Assembly: GCA_964589075.1 (NCBI GenBank)
Contig: CAZPQU010000004.1
Location: 59,090-123,089 of the forward strand
DNA length: 64,000 bases
Reading direction: 5' to 3'
From: an uncultured Candidatus Izemoplasmatales bacterium
GTDB lineage: Bacteria > Bacillota_I > Bacilli_A > MAG-NZ
A model generated the notes under the pieces. It made no database searches, had not been told where the DNA came from, and saw only the letters and a list, made by a program, of their open reading frames with translations. Made by a program: the position numbers and the translations under genes. Position 1 is the first letter of the stretch; each line of letters starts with the position of its first letter. Shown here in pieces: positions 45,732-53,784 of the stretch.

Positions 45732-46219
45732 GAGTAACTTACATCCTTTCCAACTTTACTGAAAAGTCTTTGAATCTTTGGACACAGTATCTTCTTGTCA
45801 TAGCAATCCCAACATCGTTTAAGGTCGATAGAACAAGCCATCCACTCACCTTCATATTTGAAGTTTGATTCCTCTTGAAATCTCCTTCTAGTTTTATATC
45901 CTATTTGGCTCAAACACTGATCACATATTTTACGTTCTCCGGTAGGACTATTAGGTCTACCACAAACTCTACATTTTGGAGGAACCAAATTTACTCCCCC
46001 GACTTTGTACCTTTTTTTTAGTCTGCCGTGATTTAGTTCTTCAGTAACTGTAATAGCACTGACGTCTGTACAAGCTAGAATTACTGTGGCGTATTCTTTA
46101 GCAAACTTAAGAATCGAAAGAATAGGTCTCCCTTTTCTCATTCTTCCAGTGAAGTACTTCTTATCAGTTTCAAGTTTGGCTCCATTCTCAGCTACTACAT
46201 AGTAAGCAATATTAATCAT
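45719..46219 (-). CDS. Cys-rich protein
   Basis: CRVCGRP...CDQC and a C-terminal CWDC...C cluster. Confidence 0.35.
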   Translation of the reverse strand: MINIAYYVVAENGAKLETDKKYFTGRMRKGRPILSILKFAKEYATVILACTDVSAITVTEELNHGRLKKRYKVGGVNLVPPKCRVCGRPNSPTGERKICDQCLSQIGYKTRRRFQEESNFKYEGEWMACSIDLKRCWDCYDKKILCPKIQRLFSKVGKDVSYSCAK

Positions 46220-46550
46220 CTGAACACCTACTACAAAGTGATGGTGCTACCCAGTGACATGGATGGCCTTGAGCATCGACACAAATACCACAGTCGGAAT
46301 CAGTGCATCCACATATTTTACATTTCATTGCTACTTCATAACCTGCTAAATTAAGTGCCTTAACTGTTGTCTCAGTTACATACATGTCATTAGCCATCAA
46401 GTAATTCACTGACTCAAGTGGCTTAACAATACTAGGATCCTCTTCGAGCATTGATATTTTTAACCCAGATGGATATAACAATGCGTTACATTTATCTACA
46501 GCAATTGTTATCAAGTCATCCTTCATAATCTCTTTTACTGTTTTAGCCAT
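46212..46550 (-). CDS. Cys-rich protein
   Basis: CKICGCTDSDCGICVDAQGHPCHW...CSRC. Confidence 0.35.
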   Translation of the reverse strand: MAKTVKEIMKDDLITIAVDKCNALLYPSGLKISMLEEDPSIVKPLESVNYLMANDMYVTETTVKALNLAGYEVAMKCKICGCTDSDCGICVDAQGHPCHWVAPSLCSRCSDD

Positions 46551-46821
46551 TATCGCCTAACTCCTCAGAGGTAACAACATATTTAATATTTCTCATTATC
46601 AGTTGAACAATGAATATATAAGCAATCCAAACACTTAGGTAAAGCAGGAAGTACAAAATGCGGTCCACTCCAGGATTAAAATAGCTTATTCTCCATCTTG
46701 ATTCGTATAAAAAGTTAATTAGTAATATATAGATTCCTCTCTTAGTTGTAAATAAATCAATAACTAACTCCATTATAATTTGGCCAAACTTCTTAAGTAG
46801 ATTTCTACGCATGAGGTTCAA
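46543..46821 (-). CDS. small membrane protein
   Basis: 92 aa, 2 TM helices. Confidence 0.35.
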   Translation of the reverse strand: MNLMRRNLLKKFGQIIMELVIDLFTTKRGIYILLINFLYESRWRISYFNPGVDRILYFLLYLSVWIAYIFIVQLIMRNIKYVVTSEELGDNG

Positions 46822-47059
46822 CTCCTTCCTTGAGAGCTTTTGTTACAAACTCACATCTATCTTTACATTCCAAGCAAACAAATGCCCACACCGAACACTC
46901 ATCTCCACTTGGTTGTGTTGTCTCAATTCCTTTGAATCTATCCAACGTTTTAGTCATGATTAATTGTTTCTGAATTATTCCATGTAAATTTAGAATCTTA
47001 GAGCGTTGGTGTTCATTATTGATAATCATGTTTATAGGTTTATTCACATCGTATGTCAT
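46805..47059 (-). CDS. small Cys-containing protein
   Basis: 84 aa. CSVWAFVCLECKDRC. Confidence 0.35.
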   Translation of the reverse strand: MTYDVNKPINMIINNEHQRSKILNLHGIIQKQLIMTKTLDRFKGIETTQPSGDECSVWAFVCLECKDRCEFVTKALKEGVEPHA

Positions 47060-47430
47060 AAAATCACACTTCCTTTTTCGTAATGATCTGATATCAAGTT
47101 TACGAAATCATAAATCTCATCATCGTCATTACGCCTAACAGCTGACACTAACTTTCTAAATAGTTGCTGTGCCTTCAAAAATTGTTCAGCTACAGCACCT
47201 CTTGTGATAACAGTAAGTACTTCAGTCTGTCTAACTAATAGATCCACGAACCCGGATGCACTTGGGAACTCAATCCTTATAAACTCTATGCCCTCTAGTC
47301 CTGTAATAACTCCAACAGTGTTAATGAACTCTAACCCTGCTCTGAATTCGACTACTGCATGTCTTCCTATATGCTTTGGATAAACTTTCATATCAGGATA
47401 AGCAGTCGCCTTACTGTTAATGATTTTCAT
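47056..47430 (-). CDS. hypothetical protein
   Basis: 124-aa ORF. First gene after the non-coding gap. Confidence 0.4.
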   Translation of the reverse strand: MKIINSKATAYPDMKVYPKHIGRHAVVEFRAGLEFINTVGVITGLEGIEFIRIEFPSASGFVDLLVRQTEVLTVITRGAVAEQFLKAQQLFRKLVSAVRRNDDDEIYDFVNLISDHYEKGSVIL

Positions 47431-47948
47431 AATAAGACTCCCTTCAATAAAATATATTTACTCATTGCTCTAACAAAGACTCACTAGAAACAATGTAGTA
47501 TTCAATTAGTTATGCTTACATCTATTCATGCACTACCTCTTGTACCGGATACGCAACTACTCTACCTCTATCAGGGAACGATGCATGGGACTACACACAC
47601 ACAAAGTAGCGTGGTGGCTCCCAACAGTCCATAATGACCAAGAGAACCAAAATAAGAAAAAAATGCCAATGTCGACAGCTTGCTGGCGAGGTTTGCTTTT
47701 TAAAGAAAAATATCGGGTGAAGTATGGAAGTGGCAAGGACACCGCAGGTGGCATTGCCCAACGCCACTTTTTTTTCAGGCGTCTGAAATCAAAAAAAATA
47801 AGATTGATTCCAACTGATCAATGTATCAATTATCAGTATTACTCCACTCAGTTTAGGCCAAAAGAACTGTAATCTTCTGAGTTAAATCGAGTGGACTAAC
47901 ACCCATAAGAGGTGTTGCCGATTCATTCAGTGCTATAAGTACGAGTGT
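47431..47948. other. 518-nt non-coding, locally GC-enriched, hairpin-rich region (candidate structured RNA or replication/packaging region)
   Basis: No credible ORF. Many 5-8 bp stems. Contains a plus-strand intrinsic terminator at 47748-47775. Confidence 0.4.
47748..47775 (+). terminator. intrinsic terminator on the plus strand inside a minus-strand operon
   Basis: GTGGC-N10-GCCAC followed by 8 T. Confidence 0.45.
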
Positions 47949-48125
47949 TTATTCTATTTTTACTACTTGGAATCCACTTCTAGAGGTCTTTTTATCTCTA
48001 ATTAATCGATAAAGAGCTTCTACAGACTTGAATCCAATGTATGTTTTCAGTTCTTTGATAGTTCCTACAGCTACTGGTAGGCCTTTATCTTTGGAATCAT
48101 ATGCAATGTACAGTTTTTCAGTCAT
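47949..48125 (-). CDS. small DNA-binding-like protein
   Basis: GAGGA RBS before the Met at 48125. Pattern similar to the 73-aa protein at 42623-42844. Confidence 0.35.
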   Translation of the reverse strand: MTEKLYIAYDSKDKGLPVAVGTIKELKTYIGFKSVEALYRLIRDKKTSRSGFQVVKIE

Positions 48126-48260
48126 TAGTTTGATCCTCATGGATACGAATTTTAATCCATTCATCATTCATAGCATCACTGACCTTCTGTTTACTATTGA
48201 TTCCATCTTGATCAAGTAGCTTAATCCATTGTTCTAGCAGTTCTCTCATGTACCCACCCC

Positions 48261-48938
48261 TTAGTTTCTTACTAATCTACTGAAGGGAGCCAAGGACCTG
48301 ATCGCCGCCAATCGGTTCCTAGGAGTTGAATATAACCCCTCTTTAATCTTATTGATCCTCGATGTGTTAAAGTTTTTCTTCTCGATGGACTTGAAGTCAA
48401 TTTTCTTAATGATGTATTTGTCCAGGACTGAAGTCTTAGCTTTGTTGTTGAAGTAGTCATACACAGTTTGATGACTGCAGTGAAGTGCCTTAGCTAGCTG
48501 ACGTCCACCGACATAATATTTACATTTGCTATCATCAATCTCCTGGACTGAGTAGATATTTCCCCTCGACTTTCCTCCGGTTAAAACTCCGGCTTCTTCT
48601 TTGGTCAGAAGGATCAAGTTATCTAAAGAACAATTGTATAAATTTCTCTTATCCAGGAGGAATATATAATTTCTTCCTGATGCATATTCTGAAGGTTTAA
48701 AAGTCTTGGCCACAAGTTTAGAAACGGATACTTCTCCAAGAGTTGATATCTTGGTCATGGGTCTACCATGCTTCAGATAAACGCTTTGTTTTTTTACCCA
48801 TTTAATATTGCTTGAATGTAATGGATCCCTGTGCTGAAGTTTCTTATTCTTGAGCACTCGAAACAAGTCCCCGGACTCTGATAAATAATAGGAGATATTA
48901 CATTTTGTAAATACTAGCCTTACATCATTTGGAATCAT
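48261..48938 (-). CDS. DNA-binding protein with degenerate homing-endonuclease-like (NUMOD/HNH_3-like) features
   Basis: ...HGRPMTKISTLGEVSVSKLVAKTF... and a C-terminal HTH-like LAKALHCSHQTVYDYF. No intact HNH motif seen. Confidence 0.3.
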   Translation of the reverse strand: MIPNDVRLVFTKCNISYYLSESGDLFRVLKNKKLQHRDPLHSSNIKWVKKQSVYLKHGRPMTKISTLGEVSVSKLVAKTFKPSEYASGRNYIFLLDKRNLYNCSLDNLILLTKEEAGVLTGGKSRGNIYSVQEIDDSKCKYYVGGRQLAKALHCSHQTVYDYFNNKAKTSVLDKYIIKKIDFKSIEKKNFNTSRINKIKEGLYSTPRNRLAAIRSLAPFSRLVRN

Positions 48939-48949
48939 CTATAACACCT

Positions 48950-49159
48950 CTATGTAACTAATCGATTCTTTATTTCCACAGTCTTTTTAAGAAAGGCGTA
49001 TGAATCTCTAGTCAAAATAAATGACTTGTTACCTTCAAAGTTAACTCTACGATTGTTTCCATCAATTGTAGTTATGCTTTCTAGATTAATAATCATTCTA
49101 TTTTTTCCAGTTTTTGATCTACTTTTCTTTTGTTCACACTTAACTTCTATAAAATTCAT
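48950..49159 (-). CDS. first early-operon protein (Cro/antirepressor position), function unknown
   Basis: 69 aa, divergent from the XRE gene across the operator region. Confidence 0.4.
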   Translation of the reverse strand: MNFIEVKCEQKKSRSKTGKNRMIINLESITTIDGNNRRVNFEGNKSFILTRDSYAFLKKTVEIKNRLVT

Positions 49160-49458
49160 ATTGTATTCCTCTTTCTATTTAATTTATAAATGGCTCTGGA
49201 GGACGCACCCTCTCCTCGACTGCTTGAAGATTTGAGAGTGCACCCACCAGAACCATTAAGGAAAAAGTGTGATGAATTTGCAGTCGAGTCTATTTGAAGG
49301 AGATATTTCTATGAAAAAATTACTCCAGGCATTGCACATGGTCACCTGCTGTTGCAGAGTGGCCAGATATGATATAATTGAACTGCGAGGCACAATTATA
49401 TATAAACGTTCTATTAGACTGCTCATGTGAGGGGTCTAATTTTGCGTTTAAGCATTAC

Positions 49459-49474
49459 AGGACTAATTAGACCT
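49459..49474. promoter_or_regulatory. operator-like palindrome AGGACTAATTAGACCT
   Basis: Imperfect 16-bp palindrome (AGGnCTAATTAGnCCT) in the divergent switch region. Confidence 0.45.
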
Positions 49475-49492
49475 ATAACAACACCATTATAT

Positions 49493-49508
49493 AGGACTAA
49501 ATAGCCCT
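49493..49508. promoter_or_regulatory. second operator-like site AGGACTAAATAGCCCT
   Basis: Related to the site at 49459-49474, 34 nt away. Ends 24 nt before the XRE start codon. Confidence 0.45.
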
Positions 49509-49531
49509 ATGTCAAATTTCGAGGTTATTTT

Positions 49532-49741
49532 ATGTATCTGAGTTCAAACATTAAGTACTTGAGAATAAAGAACAACATCCAGCAAAAGGATCTTGGTAAG
49601 GCAATTGGAATTACTGATCGACAAGTGCGACAGTATGAAAATGGCGAGCTCAAGAATCCTAATTTTGAGTTAGTAATCAAAATTGCTGACTATTTTCATG
49701 TTTCACTTGATGAACTTATTAGAGATAACTTAAACAGATAA
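49532..49741 (+). CDS. XRE-family HTH repressor (CI/Cro-like)
   Basis: IKYLRIKNNIQQKDLGKAIGITDRQVRQYENGE...LVIKIADYFHVSLDELI. Confidence 0.75.
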   Translation: MYLSSNIKYLRIKNNIQQKDLGKAIGITDRQVRQYENGELKNPNFELVIKIADYFHVSLDELIRDNLNR

Positions 49742-49768
49742 CATTAGTTCCTCGCAAAGGTGGTTACC

Positions 49769-49996
49769 ATGGCTAGTAAACAAGTACAATATTTTATGGA
49801 TAACGTTAAATACCTTCAGTTGAACAGTAAGCTAAGTAGAGTAGTTTATTGTGATCAAGTGGGTATTAGCTTGTATCGATACGAGAAATTCATCTCCGGG
49901 GATTCAAGTGCTTTCCGAATGAGTGAGTTCGACTCAATATGCAACTATCATTCCATAAAGCATCACACAATCTTTATCGAAGGATTTTACAAGTAA
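49769..49996 (+). CDS. second small HTH-like protein
   Basis: AAAGGTGG RBS before the ATG at 49769. VKYLQLNSKLSRVVYCDQVGISLYRYEKF. Confidence 0.45.
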   Translation: MASKQVQYFMDNVKYLQLNSKLSRVVYCDQVGISLYRYEKFISGDSSAFRMSEFDSICNYHSIKHHTIFIEGFYK

Positions 49997-50156
49997 TTAA
50001 GATTGACTCGAGCTAGTCTATTGTTCAAACTAGCAAATGAGTCAAAGATCTATCTAGTGAGCTTCTGCTCTTTAGACTAAAATTAAATACATTCATTTTG
50101 TTCGTTACTGGCTATACCTTGGACTTCTCCATGGGCGATAACTGTAACGAACTTTT

Positions 50157-50184
50157 ATGTGACATAATACGTCTCTCTCATTTG
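50157..50184. repeat. inverted 28-nt fragment of the 91-nt island repeat in the integrase promoter/5' UTR
   Basis: atgtgacataatacgtctctctcatttg is the reverse complement of the repeat's 3' end, matching at 26 of 28 positions. Contains TGaCATAAT. Confidence 0.8.
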
Positions 50185-50212
50185 TTAGAATAGGAAATTG
50201 AGGAGTGATAAA

Positions 50213-51160
50213 ATGAATGACGTCAAAAAACTAATATCGCAGCTTATTGAAATGAACTGCGTTTCACTAAGCCTTACAGATATAAAAAGAATCTATCTTG
50301 CAAGAACCAAGGGACTTAACAGTCCTGGTACTTATGACAACTACCGCAGAAACCTAAATTATATTGTTGAGTACTTAACCTGGAAGAATGTTCTGACAAC
50401 TGATCAGATAACTTTTGAGAAGATATACTTGTATATCGACTTCGAGAGATCTAAAGGAAACAAGAACAATACCATTAGAGCTAGAATTGGAATACTGAAA
50501 CAAGCTCTCGAGTACAGTGAGAATAATGGATACATTTCTTCCAATGCTTTGAGGAAGTTTAAGCTACCTCCGAAGGATGATATTGAAACTAAGATAATTC
50601 CACAGGATATTATCAAGGATATCTTTGCCTACATGAACAATCTAGACAAACAAAAAAAGGTAAATTATCGCAATATTGCGGTAACCTACCTATTGTATGA
50701 TACTGGTATTCGATTTAATGAGATGCGTGAGCTAAGACTGAAGAATATCGACTTAGAAAACAGAGAAATATTTTTAACAAAGACTAAGAGTAAGAAATAT
50801 AGAACTGTGATCATGTCTGAATCGACTAAAGTTAAACTCATAGAATATATAGAATTCTGCAATGTAACTGATTACTTGTACGTAAATGTTGAAACTAATG
50901 AACGGATAAATAGAGTACACTATTATAAGTTCTTAGAACGAGTTAGAATCGCTCTGAGCATACCTAAGGATATCTCAATAAGTCCGCATAAGTATAGACA
51001 TACAATGGCTACAGTAAGCCTTAATAACGGTGCTAACATTGAATATGTTAGAAAGGTATTAGGTCATAGTAGCTTAATTATTACTCAGAAGTACTTGCAC
51101 TTAGATAAAACAGAAATAAAAAAGGTACACGATCGAACCTCTCCTATGAATTTCTTATAG
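50213..51160 (+). CDS. int: tyrosine recombinase / phage integrase
   Basis: AGGAG RBS. Catalytic residues in context: R172 (TGIRFNE), H264-x-x-R267 (HKYRHT), H290 (LGHSS), Y299 (TQKYLH). Confidence 0.85.
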   Translation: MNDVKKLISQLIEMNCVSLSLTDIKRIYLARTKGLNSPGTYDNYRRNLNYIVEYLTWKNVLTTDQITFEKIYLYIDFERSKGNKNNTIRARIGILKQALEYSENNGYISSNALRKFKLPPKDDIETKIIPQDIIKDIFAYMNNLDKQKKVNYRNIAVTYLLYDTGIRFNEMRELRLKNIDLENREIFLTKTKSKKYRTVIMSESTKVKLIEYIEFCNVTDYLYVNVETNERINRVHYYKFLERVRIALSIPKDISISPHKYRHTMATVSLNNGANIEYVRKVLGHSSLIITQKYLHLDKTEIKKVHDRTSPMNFL

Positions 51161-51228
51161 GATTTTGGGTTAAAAAGTGTAAAACTTTTGTTACCCAAAA
51201 CGGTTGAATGTCGCATACCTTAGCGTAA

Positions 51229-51256
51229 AATTTGGTGCGGATAACAGGAGTTGAAC
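51229..51256. repeat. tRNA-proximal att core
   Basis: 28 of 28 identity with 10667-10694. Covers CCA, the acceptor 3' strand and part of the T arm. Confidence 0.85.
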
Positions 51257-51315
51257 CTGCACCCCGAAGGACTAGAGCCTAAATCTAGCGCGTCTGCCAA
51301 TTCCGCCATATCCGC
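51233..51315 (-). tRNA. tRNA-Leu, anticodon UAG, class II with a long variable arm and encoded CCA
   Basis: Reverse complement GCGGATA-TG-GCG...CTAGA-TTTAGGC-TCTAG-TCCTTCGGGGTG-CAGG-TTCAACT-CCTG-T-TATCCGC-A-CCA folds as a cloverleaf. Confidence 0.85.
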
Positions 51316-51333
51316 AAATAAACTTGCCTATAT

Positions 51334-51362
51334 AGTATATAATCTTGACTGCTAATTGTCAA
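51334..51362 (-). promoter_or_regulatory. sigma-70-type promoter of tRNA-Leu
   Basis: Minus-sense TTGACA-N17-TATACT ending about 18 nt upstream of the tRNA 5' end. Confidence 0.55.
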
Positions 51363-51409
51363 TGAAAAAAGCACCTTATTTTCGATGCTTGTACAGTCAA
51401 TAATTAAAC

Positions 51410-51976
51410 CTATTTCTTTTTCAATATTATCCCAGCAAAAACATCATTTATTCCAAATGTTTTAGTGATTTTGAAATGTTTCGAGCACATATTCTCTATC
51501 TGCCCTATAGATAATCTATGACTAAGTTTTGGGCCCATTTCAGTATCAGCATACTTCCACTCAATGATACCTAATGTACCACCCTCAGATGTTATTCTAG
51601 CTACTTCATCTATAAAAGACTCAGTTTGATCAATCTCGTGTAGTACAGTAGATAATAATACAAATGAAGCAGAACTATCTGGTATTTTAAAGTCATCACC
51701 AACTGATAATACAGTATCAATCAACTCGTTCTTTTTCTTAGAATCTAAATGGTCTAACATTTCTTGTGATAAGTCAATTGCATAGACTTTTGATTTTGTA
51801 ATTTCATAAGCGGGGAAACTAAAATATCCTGTTCCACACCCTACATCAGCTAGGACGTCACCTTCTACAAGACCTAGTTTTAAAAGAGTTTCCTTGGGTG
51901 GTAACATTTTTCTTCTTTTAGGACTATCTAACTTTGCTTTGTTCTTTGCACTAAAAACTTTATTATCCATATTCAA
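51410..51976 (-). CDS. class I SAM-dependent methyltransferase
   Basis: Motif I VLADVGCGTGYFS. 188 aa. Confidence 0.7.
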   Translation of the reverse strand: MNMDNKVFSAKNKAKLDSPKRRKMLPPKETLLKLGLVEGDVLADVGCGTGYFSFPAYEITKSKVYAIDLSQEMLDHLDSKKKNELIDTVLSVGDDFKIPDSSASFVLLSTVLHEIDQTESFIDEVARITSEGGTLGIIEWKYADTEMGPKLSHRLSIGQIENMCSKHFKITKTFGINDVFAGIILKKK

Positions 51977-52060
51977 TCCTCCTATATGATTATATATCGT
52001 AATCGTTCGTATGCGACATAATATGCAAAAAAAACACCCGCTAGGATGTTTTTAGGGAGA

Positions 52061-52960
52061 TTATGCTTCTTCTGATCCAGTATTTGTAGTTTCTGCATTT
52101 GGTCTATCATTACTTCTTCTACCAGCATCATATCCTCTTTGATAGTTTCTACCAGCTCTAAATCCTGTTTTGAAGTCTTTACTTCTACCTTGATGATTAC
52201 CACCTTGACCATTTCCTGGTCTACCATTTGGTCTGTGTTGACCTCTTTGTTGAAGTAGTGATAAGTCAATTCCTAATTCATCAGCTTTAGCTTGGATTAA
52301 TACTTTGATTTCATCCATTGCTGCTAATATTTCTTCTTCAGTCATGTTCTCAAAGTCATAACCTGACATTAACTCTTGATGATATGCTCTTAGTTCAACT
52401 AATTCTTCAGAGTTCATCAATTCAAATTGAGCGGCTCTCTTTAATTGTTTTTCTAAGATTTCAGTGATATCAACACCAAGTTCTTCGGCCTTAACAACCA
52501 TTAGCTCATGAATTTCATCCATCGCAGCTATCTTTTCATCGACTGCTAAATTTGCTAGGTTATAATCTAGGAATAATTGATCCATATATTCTCTGAATTC
52601 AATCCATTCAGGTGAATTATGTAACTCGTAATTAGCAAATCTTTCTTCAAAACGTTCCAGCATAGGCGTTATATCTACACCTAACTCTTCAGCCTTAATG
52701 ATAACTAATTCACGTATTTCGTCCAGTGCTGTGATTTTTTCTTCTTCTGTTAAATTCTCAAAGTCATATCCTTCTTTAAGTTCGTTAGCATATATTCTTA
52801 ATGCTTCTTCCTCTGCAGTTAGAATAAACCCTTCTTTGTTTCCGTCAAACTGTTCGTGCATTGCATTTCCTCTTACGTTATTGGTAACGAATTCCAGTGC
52901 AGTATCATCTGTCGCAAAGAATCCTCCTACTAATGAAAATATAATTAATAATGATTTCAT
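52061..52960 (-). CDS. secreted repeat protein with a Gly/Arg/Asn-rich tail
   Basis: AGGAGG RBS before the Met at 52960. Signal peptide. Three ~70-aa repeats (...DEIxELxxxKAEELGVDIT...). Confidence 0.5.
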   Translation of the reverse strand: MKSLLIIFSLVGGFFATDDTALEFVTNNVRGNAMHEQFDGNKEGFILTAEEEALRIYANELKEGYDFENLTEEEKITALDEIRELVIIKAEELGVDITPMLERFEERFANYELHNSPEWIEFREYMDQLFLDYNLANLAVDEKIAAMDEIHELMVVKAEELGVDITEILEKQLKRAAQFELMNSEELVELRAYHQELMSGYDFENMTEEEILAAMDEIKVLIQAKADELGIDLSLLQQRGQHRPNGRPGNGQGGNHQGRSKDFKTGFRAGRNYQRGYDAGRRSNDRPNAETTNTGSEEA

Positions 52961-53100
52961 TTTACTTCCTCCTCGTTTTAAATACATCCCTAGTATAAAG
53001 ATAACTAGTGTCGTAAATTTGAAATACTTGTGAAGGTTCTGTGAAGATAGCTGAAAGCGTATAATTTAGTATGATATTATGTATTTAAGGAAGTGAACTT

Positions 53101-53784
53101 ATGAATAAATCTATATTATTGGTCGAAGATGAACTGACATTACTAAATATTCTGGAAGTTTATTTCAAAAAAGAAGGTTTCATTGTATATAAAGCTGAAA
53201 ATGGTCTAGAAGCTCTAGAACTTTTTGAGATGCATGAAATTGATATAGCTTGTATTGATGTTATGATTCCATTTATAAACGGCTTTGAGGTTGTAAAAGC
53301 GATTAAGCAAAAGTCTAACATGCCAATCATTATGATGACTGCTCTTACAAGTGAGGAGAATCAGTTAAAAGGATATGATCTTGAAATAGATGAATATGTT
53401 CCAAAACCATTTAGCCCTACTATTTTAGTAGCGAAGGTTAAATCTATATTAAAGAGATACTCAGAACAATTAGAATCTAAAAAAGTTGTAAACTATAAAA
53501 TAGGTCTAATCGATATTAACTTTGATAGAAGATCTGTTGAGGTTAGTAATGAGTTGATTGAATTATCTAAAACTGAATTTAATTTACTAGAATATTTTAT
53601 TAAGCACCAAGGTGTAGCTATCGATAGAATGACATTCCTTGATGAATTGTGGGGTATGGATGTATACGTTGAAGACAGAGTTGTTGATACATTCATTAAA
53701 ACTCTAAGAAAAAAACTTGGTCCAGCTAGTGAATATATCAAAACCGTATTTGGTTTTGGTTATAAGTTTGAGGTGAAAAAATGA
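53101..53784 (+). CDS. OmpR-family response regulator
   Basis: Receiver domain (LLVEDE, CIDVMIP, MMTAL, KPF) plus a winged-helix C-terminus (GFGYKF). Confidence 0.85.
   Translation: MNKSILLVEDELTLLNILEVYFKKEGFIVYKAENGLEALELFEMHEIDIACIDVMIPFINGFEVVKAIKQKSNMPIIMMTALTSEENQLKGYDLEIDEYVPKPFSPTILVAKVKSILKRYSEQLESKKVVNYKIGLIDINFDRRSVEVSNELIELSKTEFNLLEYFIKHQGVAIDRMTFLDELWGMDVYVEDRVVDTFIKTLRKKLGPASEYIKTVFGFGYKFEVKK

Larger units (their letters stand above)
10667..51256. mobile_element. genomic island integrated at the 3' end of tRNA-Leu(UAG)
   Basis: Perfect 28-nt direct repeat aatttggtgcggataacaggagttgaac at 10667-10694 and 51229-51256. A tyrosine integrase sits next to the tRNA. Confidence 0.8.
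30331..51256. mobile_element. prophage-like integrative element (left boundary uncertain)
   Basis: Integrase next to the tRNA, a divergent XRE switch, a 17-kb co-directional tightly packed operon and a DNA methyltransferase. No recognisable tailed-phage structural genes. Confidence 0.5.

Noticed and set aside
47528-47872. 114-aa plus-strand ORF and 65-aa minus-strand ORF in the GC-rich gap.
   Set aside because: There is no RBS, the amino-acid composition is odd (Arg/Trp/His-rich), and the ORFs cross an intrinsic terminator. The region is treated as non-coding.
51982-52269. 95-aa minus-strand ORF overlapping the 3' end of the repeat-protein gene.
   Set aside because: It is an alternative frame of the low-complexity tail region of 52061-52960, with no independent support.
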